A DNA stretch of 64,000 bases, filler included, from Circinaria calcarea (taxonomy: Eukaryota): the NCBI GenBank assembly GCA_051942165.1. It is 3 parts of 3 records of this genome, joined end to end, with 100 filler letters (N's around TTAATTAATTAA, not from the genome) between each part and the next. Parts side by side here need not be neighbours in the genome. Positions count along the whole stretch, not along the records: positions 22,169 to 44,228 come from JAVECS010000133.1; positions 44,329 to 64,000 come from JAVECS010000196.1; 1 more part is not named here. One strand, written 5' to 3'. The position numbers were made by a program, and so were the translations under genes. This document shows positions 34,963 through 46,473 of the stretch, in pieces; the stretch's first letter is position 1, and every line of letters begins with the position of its first letter. Under the pieces are notes generated by a model. The model made no database searches. It was given only the letters and a program-made list of their open reading frames with translations, and was not told the DNA's origin.

Positions 34963-36230
34963 GGGGATAGAAGGTCTGTTTTTTGTGGGGGGGGGGTTGG
35001 GATTTCCAAGACAGGATTCTAGGCGTTTATGGCCGAGCCTAATTCCGCACTGGGACTTGGGCGCACCAACTTTTTTCGGCGTCAGACATGGAGAAATCAA
35101 TCGGGGGGTTTCCTCATAGAGGGATTAACTCCCATCCATTACGATATAGGGATTTGGAATTTCAGCAGAATTTAAAGCTTAGATCTTAGAGCCTAGATTT
35201 AACATGTACGATGTACGAATTAGTTGATTCACACAGAATCACAGAATCTTTCCGCCATCGATCGGGCGCTTGAAGTTTTTTGGTTTTTTGGTTTTCTTTA
35301 CTGACAACCTTTTGGATCTTTTGGATTGGATTGGATTAAGTAGTGTAACGTGTAAATATATAATTTATACACAGTAGCACGTACTTTAATTTAATTTCAT
35401 ACAACAAACAAACAACGGACGGGTTAGAATTTAAAAAGCCTAAACCTCAAAACCCCCACAAAAACCCCACCCCAACTTTAACCTCCCTGTTTTGCCTCTT
35501 GCCTTGCATTTGGCCTTTGATTCATCCCCTGAATTTTACCATTGTAATTTTAAAAAGGAGTGGTGGGGAGAAACGATAAGAACTTCCATGTTCCAAGGGC
35601 TTGGGCTTGAAGATTCTCAATTCTCTCTCCCCTCTTTCTGCTTTCGTTCGGTGTTTACGAGGAAATCATCTATTGCCAATGCCAAGTTACCAATGTCAAG
35701 AAATGGGTAGGAGAAGAAGTAGAAGAATTGGAAAAGTAGAGAAGAAGAAGAGAAGAGAAAATGGGGGCCAAAGTTATGCATTTCCTATTTTTTCTCTCCG
35801 AAAAAGAAATATACGGAGTCGAGGTTTGTATTTCTGTCCGTGGTTTTCGATTAATTAATTCCAAAATGCCTCAACTTCCTCATCGTGTGTACATCCCACC
35901 TTTTTGCTGCTTGCCAATAATGTAAACGCCGTTTGATGGGTCCTTTGTTTTATATTGACCCCTTTTCCGTCCCAAACCACATGCTTTTCAGGCGCAACAA
36001 TTTTTAATCGGCAATATTTCAAGGCCAATTTGGTTCAGTCGCAAAACGCCATTTTTGATACTGGTAGTAGTATATTAGCCATCATCACGCACCGGTAATC
36101 AATCAGTGTTTATACCTCTGCTTTTCTCTAACCGTCCCTATTTCCCATCTCCTCCAGCCCCTAGTCGTACAAATCCCCTTGTCCTCCCCACACATATACT
36201 CTCCATCCTAATCCAATTCACTTCTATTAC

Positions 36231-37034
36231 TCATCCCCCATTTATTACCGTAGAACTCCCACTTCCACTCCCCTTCCTTCGTCCACTTAACCTCATCCTC
36301 CCCGTGTTCGGCCCCGTCCCGTTTTCGGCGTCCACTAGAGCAGTCATACTCTTACTCCCCCACTCCCACCCCGCATCTTCACGCTCGCTCACTGGAGTTC
36401 GAGCTCTGCTCCCGCCGCCTCCTTGACTCCGCGCTCCTTTCCTCGTCATGAACTTGTGACCATCTCGCGTGGACGTGGACGAAGCACCGGATGTCACGCT
36501 GCGGTGATGCTTCCTGGTGTGCATGTTGGAAGTGTTGAGGATGGGATTGGGTAATGTGGAAGCGGAGGTGTTGAAGGGGAGCTCGAGACGGGAGGTTATG
36601 GTGTCGCCCTCGTCGTTGTCTGAGGAATCTGGAGAGGCGAACCTCCATCCACCAACGCCTTCAAAGTCACGGTTCAGAGCCGCAGGCGAGTTTGCGGAGA
36701 AGCTGTTGCTTGAGGGAAAGAAGGGAGAAGTCGGCTTCGGCGTCATGGAGCCGGAAGTCGACGACGAACTTGTCCGCACGCTGGCGAGACTGGGCCGACG
36801 GGAGCCTCGCCAGCGGGGAGAGGAGGCATTGGAGGCTTTTTGGAAAGGATGAACGGGTTGAGGATTGGTAATGTAATTGCTCACCACGGCGGCGAAGAGC
36901 TCGATGTAGACAATCAGGACACGGATGAAGAGGGTGGAGAAGGCGAGGGTGGTGGTGAGAAAGGCGAAGGCGAGCAGGGGGACGGAGATCAGGAGGAGGA
37001 AGGGGAAGAGGAAGATGCTGAGGGTGGATGACAT
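36231..37034 (-). CDS. Hypothetical membrane-anchored protein with Ser-rich tail
   Basis: Long hydrophobic N-terminus (FLFPFLLLISVPLLAFAFLTTTLAFSTLFIRVLIVYIEL) and an RDFEGVGGWR motif. Confidence 0.7.
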   Translation of the reverse strand: MSSTLSIFLFPFLLLISVPLLAFAFLTTTLAFSTLFIRVLIVYIELFAAVVSNYITNPQPVHPFQKASNASSPRWRGSRRPSLASVRTSSSSTSGSMTPKPTSPFFPSSNSFSANSPAALNRDFEGVGGWRFASPDSSDNDEGDTITSRLELPFNTSASTLPNPILNTSNMHTRKHHRSVTSGASSTSTRDGHKFMTRKGARSQGGGGSRARTPVSEREDAGWEWGSKSMTALVDAENGTGPNTGRMRLSGRRKGSGSGSSTVINGG

Positions 37035-37329
37035 GGAGGTAAGTAGTAGTGACGAGCAGTGAATGATGGGAGCGGTGAGGAGGAGGAAGGACGACACATC
37101 TTCACGTTGGCCTCGGTGAGATTGAGATGAGGCATTGCCGGAGTGAGGGAAGGTTCCGTCTTTGGGAAATCGAGGGGACAGACGGGTGAGAGGGGAGGGC
37201 AATCACATGTGAAGGAGGTCCGAGCGTGGATTAGTACGAGCAAGCCGAGCCGATTTCTACCGACATGAGTCTTGGATTATCAATTTCGACAATCACGCCA
37301 CCAACAGTCAAGAGATTTAACCAGTTCAA

Positions 37330-38538
37330 ATGGCGGAGAGGGAGAGGGAGAGTGTATCTGCCGAGGAGCCCTTCCCATGGCATCTCGGCGTCTTTGACGC
37401 CCACTGCCATCCTACAGACACCGTTGCGTCACTGAAAGATATCCCTCGAATGAATGCAAGTATCCTCACAATCATGGCTACAAGGGCACAGGACCAGGAC
37501 TTGGTCGCGCGGTTTGCGGATGAAGTAGGCTTCAAAGAGACCACTCTACGGAATCATGAGGAAGGCAAGACCGGAGAGTGCCGGGTAATTCCGTCTTTTG
37601 GATGGCACCCGTGGTTCTCCTATCAAATCTATGATGACTCCCAGTCCGATTCCAAGAACCCAGCCATAAGACCCGACAAGGCCAGTCATTATAAAGCGGT
37701 CTTGACGCCTGCACCGGATGATGAAGAATTTCTATCCGGACTGCCCGACCCTCGACCCCTATCAGAGGACCTTGCCGGAACCAAAGATTACCTATCCAAG
37801 TATCCTCTGGCCTTGGTAGGAGAAATCGGTATCGATCGCTCCTTTCGGCTGCCAACCAACTGGTTGCCAGATCAGGCAGAAGAGAGGGATTCGGGATTGA
37901 CTCCAGGCGGGCGTGAGGGCCGAAGGTTGTCCCCTTATCGGGTTCAAATAGATCATCAACGTAGGATACTGAAAGCGCAACTCAACCTGGCAGGAGAGAT
38001 GCAGCGGGCTGTGTCGGTTCATGGAGTCGCTGCTCATGGTGTGGTTTTCGAGACTCTGCAAGAAACGTGGAAGGGATACGAGAGGGAAGTGGTCAGCAGG
38101 CGGGCCAAGAAACGACGAGGTAGTGCCGCAAAAGCTCATGACCATGAAGTTGGGGATGAAGATGGCGCCAAATGTAGATCGGGTCCACGCCCTTTTCCAC
38201 CTCGAATATGCCTTCATTCATACTCTGGTCCTCCAAACACCCTCAAACAATACTTCCACCCGTCGATACCCGCAACAATCTTCTTCTCATTCTCACAGGT
38301 TATAAACTTCTCTCGGCCTACATCTTCTAAAGCCATTGAAGTCATTCAAGGCGTACCGAGAGACCGAATCTTGGTCGAGAGTGACCTTCATTGTGCGGGA
38401 GATCGAATGGACGGTTTGTTGGAGGAGATGATCAGATCGATATGTAGAATAAAGGAGTGGTCGCTCGAGGACGGCGTTAGGCAACTAGCCAGTAACTGGA
38501 AGCATTTTGTGTTCGGTCAAGCGCCGAAGGATGTGTGA
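37330..38538 (+). CDS. scn1: TatD-family metallohydrolase (Scn1-like)
   Basis: [38 protein letters not shown] and LVESD. Confidence 0.88.
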   Translation: MAERERESVSAEEPFPWHLGVFDAHCHPTDTVASLKDIPRMNASILTIMATRAQDQDLVARFADEVGFKETTLRNHEEGKTGECRVIPSFGWHPWFSYQIYDDSQSDSKNPAIRPDKASHYKAVLTPAPDDEEFLSGLPDPRPLSEDLAGTKDYLSKYPLALVGEIGIDRSFRLPTNWLPDQAEERDSGLTPGGREGRRLSPYRVQIDHQRRILKAQLNLAGEMQRAVSVHGVAAHGVVFETLQETWKGYEREVVSRRAKKRRGSAAKAHDHEVGDEDGAKCRSGPRPFPPRICLHSYSGPPNTLKQYFHPSIPATIFFSFSQVINFSRPTSSKAIEVIQGVPRDRILVESDLHCAGDRMDGLLEEMIRSICRIKEWSLEDGVRQLASNWKHFVFGQAPKDV

Positions 38539-39831
38539 TAAAGATCAAACGAGGCTAGTATTCTGTTTGTACCTCGATCCTTTCGGGGTTTAAGCCGCTA
38601 AACGTTATAAATTACCCCTTTCCAGTAGCAATAATTCAGAAGAAGCTTTGGACCTGATAGCGATGTTTGAATCCCACGCCTTCACGTTACACCCCAATGA
38701 TTCTTTGTGCAATTGCAATAATCTCGATCCTTCGGTCCAAAGAGAACTTCAACAGGTGGGGCTTTCTCTAACCTCGATTGAATGCATTGACAGCTAGACG
38801 AGTTCGCGCGTATTTCCTGTTCTCAGTCCCGGGAGGCCATTAATTGTGAGCAGAGTAGAATGCGCGGAATCATCTGATGTAAAAGAACTTTGATTTCCAA
38901 TCGGTAGGTGGATGTAAGAAGAATAAACAGAGCTGTGTCAGCATATATCCGTTGAACGTCTGATGCTGATCCATGTAACGTTAGGGTTGAGGCGTCTCTA
39001 GATCCTCACAGCAGGGAAGAAAAAACTTCCAAGGGCCCTAGACCGTAGTTGCATCAAAACTGATATATTTGTAGGTCCAAACCTAGGCTATACATATGTG
39101 AACTGTGAGGAGTAATTGATTGAAGACGAAACTTTCCCTGCATGCCTGATTAACTTAACGTTGTGCGGGCTTTTACATACCTTTGGCGAAGCCGGGCCTG
39201 CAATGATTTCCAGCATGATAACCTCGTGCTTTCCCAATACATATGTCAGTTGCTTTCCAACAGTGATCCGTGAATATCCATTCTCCAATTGTGAAGGCCA
39301 CCTGTGAATGGCGTCTGTCGTTGTACATCTCTTAAACGAAAACGGCTAGGTGCTTGGCAAATGGTAGGTCAGGCGGATATATATGAGAGATATATGAGAT
39401 AGGCTCAATTTAGTCAAGCTTGCCTTGTAATTTGGTGCATGGACTGGATAATGGTATTGTTGAATAGGGGTGACCGAAGGACGAATGCCCTGTTGATGGA
39501 CGTATTGTCGATGGAAAGTCGGAAGTCCGAGAATTCATTGGCTTATTCATGTTTCTCCCGTGGACGTTCACGCTGAGTCTGGACGAAATCCGCTCACTCG
39601 CTTTCGGCTTGTCTTCTTTTACTTCACAATAGACGGAAGCTTCACACATCCCATCGTTCTTTAGTAACTTACAGCTTTACGCTGTAGGCAAAGATATTGA
39701 GCGCTGGTTTATTGGAAAAGACTTTCATTAGACTCGTTCATAACTCAACAGTGCCGTTATTGAATGGACACTTGCACGTAGCTCGCACTTATTTAGTATC
39801 TCGAGAGTGACTCTCAATTCTGAGGCCCTAA

Positions 39832-41662
39832 ATGTCTCAATTAGACGTTCACACCGATTATGCAGAGGGTCTCTCCTGGGAAGAAGCGATATTCTTGATG
39901 ATACGAAAGCATGACGGGATGCACACCAATTATCAGGATAGAAAGGAAGTCGTAGCGTCGTCAGAGGACGAGGACGAAACTGATGACGGCTCATCGCCGG
40001 AAGAAAGCTCAGACGAGACAGATAAAGAACACTCGAATGATGTGACGGGAGAAGAGTCAGAAGATGATACTGAAGCAGATACAGGAGATGATTCGGAGGA
40101 AGAGTCAGATATGGACGACGAAGGAGACAAGCATGGGAGTGATTCAGAACGAAACGGTAAGTAATCACAACAAAGTACTACACTGGCATACTAACAAATT
40201 CAGTCGCCGTAATTTCTCGAAATCCAATAAACGGTAGATATCAGAGCCGCAAACATGGCGGTACTAATGACCAACACCATGTTACAGAAGTACCACAGAA
40301 TGGTCATCGTCCTTATTCTCTAGCAAATGATGCTCAAGGTAAGTGCCTATCAGGGCCGACAGAAGTATAGGACCTAACAGTACCAGGAGCCAGTTGTACA
40401 CAACCCAATAATGCGACACGCCAAAACGGTAATGTTAGATCAAGGAGCTACTTACCAGATGGACGAGCACACCTGTCGACATTCGGTCAGACTCGTTCAC
40501 ACGTCGAAGGCAGCCGTAGCCCTAATAGACTTGAACGCCCTTCAATTCGTCGTCCACAAGAAGGTAGTCGTGCTTGGCATGGCCATGTCCGGCAAGCGCA
40601 TGCTGCCATAGTTCCCAACTCTATACCAAGCCCTCGTATTGCCACAACTCAGCAGGCTTCTTTTCCTCTTTCTCGAGCTTCGCAAAGGCTTCGTATTCAA
40701 CAACGCTTTTCAATACCTAGTGTTCCTTTGCAGTAAGTCCATTATTACAACCAGTTAGCTTAGTTAACATGCGTAGGCTCTCCCTTGAGAACGTTAGTAC
40801 CAACAAGCCCCTTGGGATCGACCATAACTCAAAAGGCCGCCGTCAAGATAAGCCCATAGTTATCGAAGATGATGGCATGGGTGAATTTGAGCCGATCTCC
40901 GTCAGAAAGACAAACGAGCAGCAGCAGATAGATCAGCTTCCTATTGCACAAGCCGAGTTGAAGTCACAGTTCCCTACCTATGTTCGAAAGAGCACTCAAA
41001 ATCCGGAGCCAGCCATGTCCAGGGCCCAAGCCTTGTCTCCTTGGTCACAATGTCCTGTATGGCCACCTGGATATGTCTTAGCGGAGTCACTCAGAAAGCC
41101 AAGTCCATGGGCAATATATGATCAGCCACTGAGATCTCTCGATCTAGGACAGCTTCCAGGCGACACTCTATGCATGTCGAGGAAACGGACCTCTCACGCT
41201 GTCGAAGACGAACCAGAGTCTTCACGGACCTCACAGATCAAACGTCCAAGAACAGACACAGCTCGGCTCTCATCTCAGACACCGAAATCGGGTTTTAGGG
41301 ATGGTGGCAATGGCAACCGATACATTGGTCGACAGCACCACATAGCTGATAGATGGCCAAGGAAGTTCAGTGGTGAGCTTATGTCGGAAAAGGAACTCCG
41401 AGGTCACATGGTCGGATATCCCCCAAGGGACCAGCCGATGCCAGAAGGGTTATTGATAGAGGACAAGGTCAGATACTGGCCGAACCACCTTCATGGAAAA
41501 CTCCTTTTGGAGATCACCGACGGTGTTTGGGGGCTTAAGCCAACAGAGATTGCTAGAATGTTTGGCGGTGATGGGAAAGACAATCCACTCAAGGCGAATA
41601 CGCTCGTCAAGCGTATTGCAAAGCTTAGAGAGGCCAGAGACGCCGGCATTGAGATATTGTGA
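39832..41662 (+). CDS. Hypothetical 4-exon protein: acidic N-terminus, disordered middle, helical C-terminal domain
   Basis: GTAAGT donors near 40157, 40339 and 40732 with open intervening exons. C-terminus YWPNHLHGKLLLEI..KPTEIARMF..ANTLVKRIAKLR. Confidence 0.6.
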
Positions 41663-43235
41663 AGTTGGCGCAAATTAGGGTGAAAAGGCTCCTCCAAGAA
41701 TCACCATTGAAGCTGTAAAGATGACACATGGCGCGGTAACAGGGGAGAATGCAGAATTTTTGTTGAAAGTAGATCATAGTCGAGGCCCAAATGGAGTGGG
41801 TAGCTGTGGTTTACGGTCAAGGGAGACTGAAAACTGCTGAGAAGACAAGAATTGAGGAGTTACCCTCGGACTTTTATGCATTTTCTTAGCTATTACACCA
41901 TCTATCACCACTATTCCATGTGTTATTTGCCATGACATGACAGACAAGTGATTGTGCTGGTGGCAGTAATGAATTTAGGATGTGTAGTTGGAAGTTCTGT
42001 TGTTTTCGAAAGAAGCGGCGGCGGCCGGTGAAATAATAATCCTCATTGGCCTACCATAGCTTACGCACTAGCAAGGTTTTGACCTCGACCTTTCATCTGA
42101 ACCCCGATTGCTATAATTCCCTAAATCGGTGTCTAGGAACATGTATTACTACTGCGGAGTATGGCATATACACCACGGCAATCAAGCAAAGCACTATGTA
42201 TCCTGTAGTTCATGGGCATGCTGGTCATCTATCTTCTAGACCGACTGACTTCATTTACTACGATCACGATTAATTGAAAACCCTTCTTATCATGTCATGG
42301 ATGTCTTCTCTATTCGAGAGATGCAACTTTATTGCCTTGTCATCACAGTTGTTTCTTTCTACAATTGTTCCTTGATTAGTTTCACAAGAACTACAACGTG
42401 TGGAGCCGCGTGCTGTGCACTATATGCAAAAGGGGGTGGGCTCGATAGTAGCTCCATATGCAGCAAAATGATGAGCTTGATTGCGTTTTATATTCGACAT
42501 TCAAAAGAATGAGACAGCCAACGTCAATCTATAACAATCAACTGGAGGAAAATCTTAGGATGTTATGCTCTCTGAACTAATAATGTGGCTGTTTTACTGT
42601 CCCTTCGAGATAGCAATAGTGCTAAATTGAGTTCAAGCGTCATGTCCAGAAGCCATATCCCGGATTTACATTTTCATGCTTCGCTCTAGGACGAAGAGGC
42701 AGACATTGATTAGGGTGCTCTCGTTCTTATTGCTAAAGATTATGAAAAAGCCTATATGTATGCTATAAAGATCTTGCGTATGAGCCAGTTATGGTGCCTC
42801 CAGCTGACATGTGGTGCTGATATTTTCGGCATACCTACTCTTCAACCGGGACTTCCTTCTACCGAGCTGGCCTATCGCTCTAATTGTTAGGTATATCGTA
42901 ACCTCGCTTCAAGCCACAAGCGAGATTGCAACAGTCATTTCTTCGCGCACAATCCAACACCTTTACGCGTTCTGTCTTCTTTATCATTCAACGACCAGAG
43001 AGCGTCTTTACGTCACACCAGGCTCTCTGCTCAGGGGTCTAGCATTCAGTATTGTAAACAAAGGAGGTTGCACTCCAATACACATCTCTTTGTTGTAGTG
43101 GTTGTGGTCCCTCTTCGTTGGTCTGCTCGATTCCGCTCAGTGATTCTACGATCTCTTGCGGTTAAACTATCAACCTACGACGTTTACAGCAGACAATATC
43201 ATACCGAGATTGGATAAAACTGCACATTTGCAACC

Positions 43236-44228
43236 ATGGATGACTCCTCACTTCCACTTGTGCCTCCGCTCTTCCTCACAAGTGGAGACAGCTCCTCATC
43301 TCCAGCACCGCCGCCTGCCAAATCACCTGTAACAGTCGACTCATCGCTCGATGTCGAGCCTTCCAGCGTCAAGCATGTTACTTTCAGCTCAGTACTCGAT
43401 GCTAACCCTAGCGATACCCAACCTAGCAGTGTCAAGCCAGTTGCTGTCAGCTCATTACTCGACGCCCAGCCTAGCAGTGTCAAGCCGTTCACGGCAACAG
43501 TCCTCGCAAACTACAGAAGCGTACGTGGGTCTCCTTATCACTTCTCCATCACTATTCACTCCTATAGCCACCTGCCAAGAAAGCCTCTGCCGCCAAAAGC
43601 CCCCTCGGCTACTCATCAACTCCCGCAACTACCGCAATCACTGCAGCCAGCTCAGCCACTGCAACCACTGCAGCTACTACAGCTCCAACTGTCTCTCCGT
43701 CCCGCGCCTCCGCGCTCAAGCGCACTCTCGCCCTTCCCCTCTTCCTCCCAACTGCAACTTCCACCCCACGCGCCACAACTCCACCAATCAATCTCCCAGC
43801 CGAAATCACCCGCCTCCGCAACGAACAGAAACTCCTCTGGTCCCAAATCGCCACCCGCCTCTCCACCCCCACTGACCCGCTCACCCCCGAAGCCGTCTAC
43901 TCGCACTACGCCCTGCACACGCACACGCTCCAGACCGCCGCCACCGAAGCCGCCGTGCAGGAGGCGAAACGGAAAAAAGAGCTCAAGAAGGAAGCGCGAT
44001 CGCGGGTTAAGAAACCGGCGGCGGTGGTGGTAAGTGAGAGTAGTGCGTTGTTGGAGGGACAGGAGGGAGAGGAGGGCAGTGAGGATGAAGGCGACGGGAA
44101 CGTGGCCAAGGGAAAAGAAAGGCAGTGGACGGAGGAGCAGGACTTGCTGCTTGTGAAGGCTGTCGGGGAGGTCTGGGATGGGTTTTGGCCGGAAGTGGCC
44201 AGGAAGGTGGAGGGGGGAAAGGGAGGAG
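43236..44228 (+). CDS. Protein with two Myb/SANT-like repeats (truncated by gap)
   Basis: After intron 43521-43567: EITRLRNEQKLLWSQIATRL...EAVYSHY and RQWTEEQDLLLVKAVGEVWDGFWPEVARKV. The N-terminus has about 3 imperfect SSLLDAQPSSVKP repeats. Confidence 0.7.
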
Positions 44229-44328
44229 NNNNNNNNNNNNNNNNNNNNNNNNNNNNNNNNNNNNNNNNNNNNTTAATTAATTAANNNNNNNNNNNNNNNN
44301 NNNNNNNNNNNNNNNNNNNNNNNNNNNN
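44229..44328. other. Artificial assembly spacer (44N + TTAATTAATTAA + 44N)
   Basis: Same 100-nt construct as 22069-22168. Confidence 0.97.
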
Positions 44329-45585
44329 CATCTATCATCTATGATATATCCCCCCATTCCCCCCCCCCATCTTCATCCGGAGACAGACAGGGTAGAGGGC
44401 TCCTCCCCTCCACCCTTTTCTTCGTTTTCCAGAACTTTTCATTTCTATTTTTTCCAGAACAGGAAGTAGAAGCAGAAGCAGAAAATGGAAAATGGGCAGA
44501 TCGTAGCAGTAAAGCAGTAGATAAAGGGAGAGCGAAGAGCGAAGAGCGAGAATAAGAAAAAAACGGAAAAGCGGGGGAAAAAGAAAATCCATCCGACATC
44601 ACTCTCTCTTTATACTTCCCCCCAAACCAAGGAAAAACGATTCAGATTTCAGATTTTTTCGAGAAAAGAAACCTGATGGTTGGGTTGGGGGGGGGGGAAA
44701 GAAGGGGTTGCAAATGCACGGTTAGGGTAGGCATAGGCGTAAGTAAGTATCTTTCACGATTCCGAAAGAAACGAAATATTTTGGCTGACGGAAAAACGTG
44801 TACCCCCCTTGTACTGGATACCGGGGGGGGGGTTTTTCTATTCCTCTCTTTGTGGGAAAATTTTTTGTTGGATTTTTTGCACTTTTTAGAATCCAAAAGG
44901 AAGAAAAAAAAAGAAACAACCGAGAATATTTAGGGTTTGGATTTTTCATGCGTGTCCCACTGCCCTTGCCTTGCCTTGCCTTGCCTGCCAACGGCAATCG
45001 TGAACAGTGGGACAAAGGAACCCGGGGGGGAGGGGATTAAAATTTTCACTCCGGATGCGACGTTTATTCCTCTTTTTTCTTTTTTTCCCCCTTGTTTCAG
45101 AGCAAGTGGGGAATGGAATGGATTGGAAATAAAACGGGGAGCTTACAGGTTAAGCAGGCAGGCAGGCAATACATTAGCAATCAAATCATGACATGTCCTC
45201 CAAATTCGAAGCGGTGTTCTTCTTCTTTTGTTGATTTTCATATCTGGTAAGCCAAGATATTGATATTGATGAATGGGATGGGAACGTCTACATTTGCAGA
45301 ATCCTAACCCAAAAAAAAAACCATATCCCATTTACAATACCCAACTCGATCATTTCCCTTCCCTCCACCCCCTTTATAAATCCCCCGTTTTTTCTCGTAT
45401 CGAATGGTCAAAGGGTCTCATTCTCGGTAATCGAACTCAAATTCCTGGAATAATGGAAAAACTTTGGCATCCATCTCCTTTATTGTCTCTCTCTCTCTCC
45501 CGGCCCGATCCAAGTTCACCCCAACCGCACCGATGCGCAGGAAACCTAACCTCTCAGAAGTTTGTAACCCCAAACCTCCCCGTGG

Positions 45586-46473
45586 TTACCCCTGCGCGAG
45601 CAAAACATGTCTCCGGCACCCATTTGCCTTCGTCACCGTATCCTTACGCCAATCACTCATCATGCGCGGGAATGTCATATCGAGTGGCGGGAGCGTGGCG
45701 TAAGGCACTGCTAAGCGATGGGGTGAGAATGAAGCAAGGGTAGTAGGGGGCTGAAATTCTCGGGAGCTAGGGGGGTAGGAGTACCGGCGGATGGTGGGGA
45801 GAGGATAGTGGGTAGGATGGTCGAGGGTTGCTTGCTGGAGGCATGTGATGGAAATGAGTGGTTTGGAAGGGGTTGAAGAGGGTGGAGATGGTGAGTGGTG
45901 AGGAAACGGAGTAAATGGTGGAAATATAACGAGGGGTTGATGGTGTTCGGGAGGTGTAAACTTTGGCTCATTAGAGGTCTGTCTGCCGTTCAGGATGCTC
46001 TGGTTGCCTATGGTCCCCTCGGGCTGTTGGTTATTTTCTAGGTGCTGGATCTCTGTATCGGTGTCGGCATCCTTCACGGCTGTGAATCGCTTGTTGCCAA
46101 CAGTTCGGCACCACTTCCGATATCTATATCTCGGCCATAGCTGAAGGCCGAGTAAAAGTACGACGATAGAAATCATCATCCAGAGCGATTGAGATAGCAG
46201 GATAGAGAGAAGAGCAAACAGGCACTGGGGAGTTTTAACACCGTCGGAGACTATCATGTCCGATTTGGACCATCGTTGTGTAACACGTAAGTATTGCCCT
46301 ACGAGGTAGAGAGCCAAGAAGCATACAATGGTCCAGGCCATGATCGAAGTGGACGGCCATAACAAGTTGTCGAGCAGACCTTTGGGGAATCCGGAGGGAG
46401 GCGGAGAGGTCAACGGCAGATATGGTCCGGTTGAATGGCATGGAGAATGATAGGCTCGAGGTACCGGGGACAT
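45586..46473 (-). CDS. Hypothetical membrane protein (2-3 TM segments, Pro-rich C-terminus)
   Basis: 295-aa ATG-initiated ORF with hydrophobic stretches. A branch point/acceptor (CTAAC...CAG) just upstream of the ATG suggests a 5'UTR intron. 3' end uncertain. Confidence 0.5.
   Translation of the reverse strand: MSPVPRAYHSPCHSTGPYLPLTSPPPSGFPKGLLDNLLWPSTSIMAWTIVCFLALYLVGQYLRVTQRWSKSDMIVSDGVKTPQCLFALLSILLSQSLWMMISIVVLLLGLQLWPRYRYRKWCRTVGNKRFTAVKDADTDTEIQHLENNQQPEGTIGNQSILNGRQTSNEPKFTPPEHHQPLVIFPPFTPFPHHSPSPPSSTPSKPLISITCLQQATLDHPTHYPLPTIRRYSYPPSSREFQPPTTLASFSPHRLAVPYATLPPLDMTFPRMMSDWRKDTVTKANGCRRHVLLAQG

Noticed and set aside
38978..38989. CAACCCTAAC on the minus strand as a telomerase template or telomeric repeat
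   Set aside because: Single copy, with only ~440 nt before the convergent scn1 gene; too little room and no supporting structure.
44329..45330. Many short ORFs on both strands
   Set aside because: Homopolymer- and SSR-rich low-complexity contig end with no coding signature.
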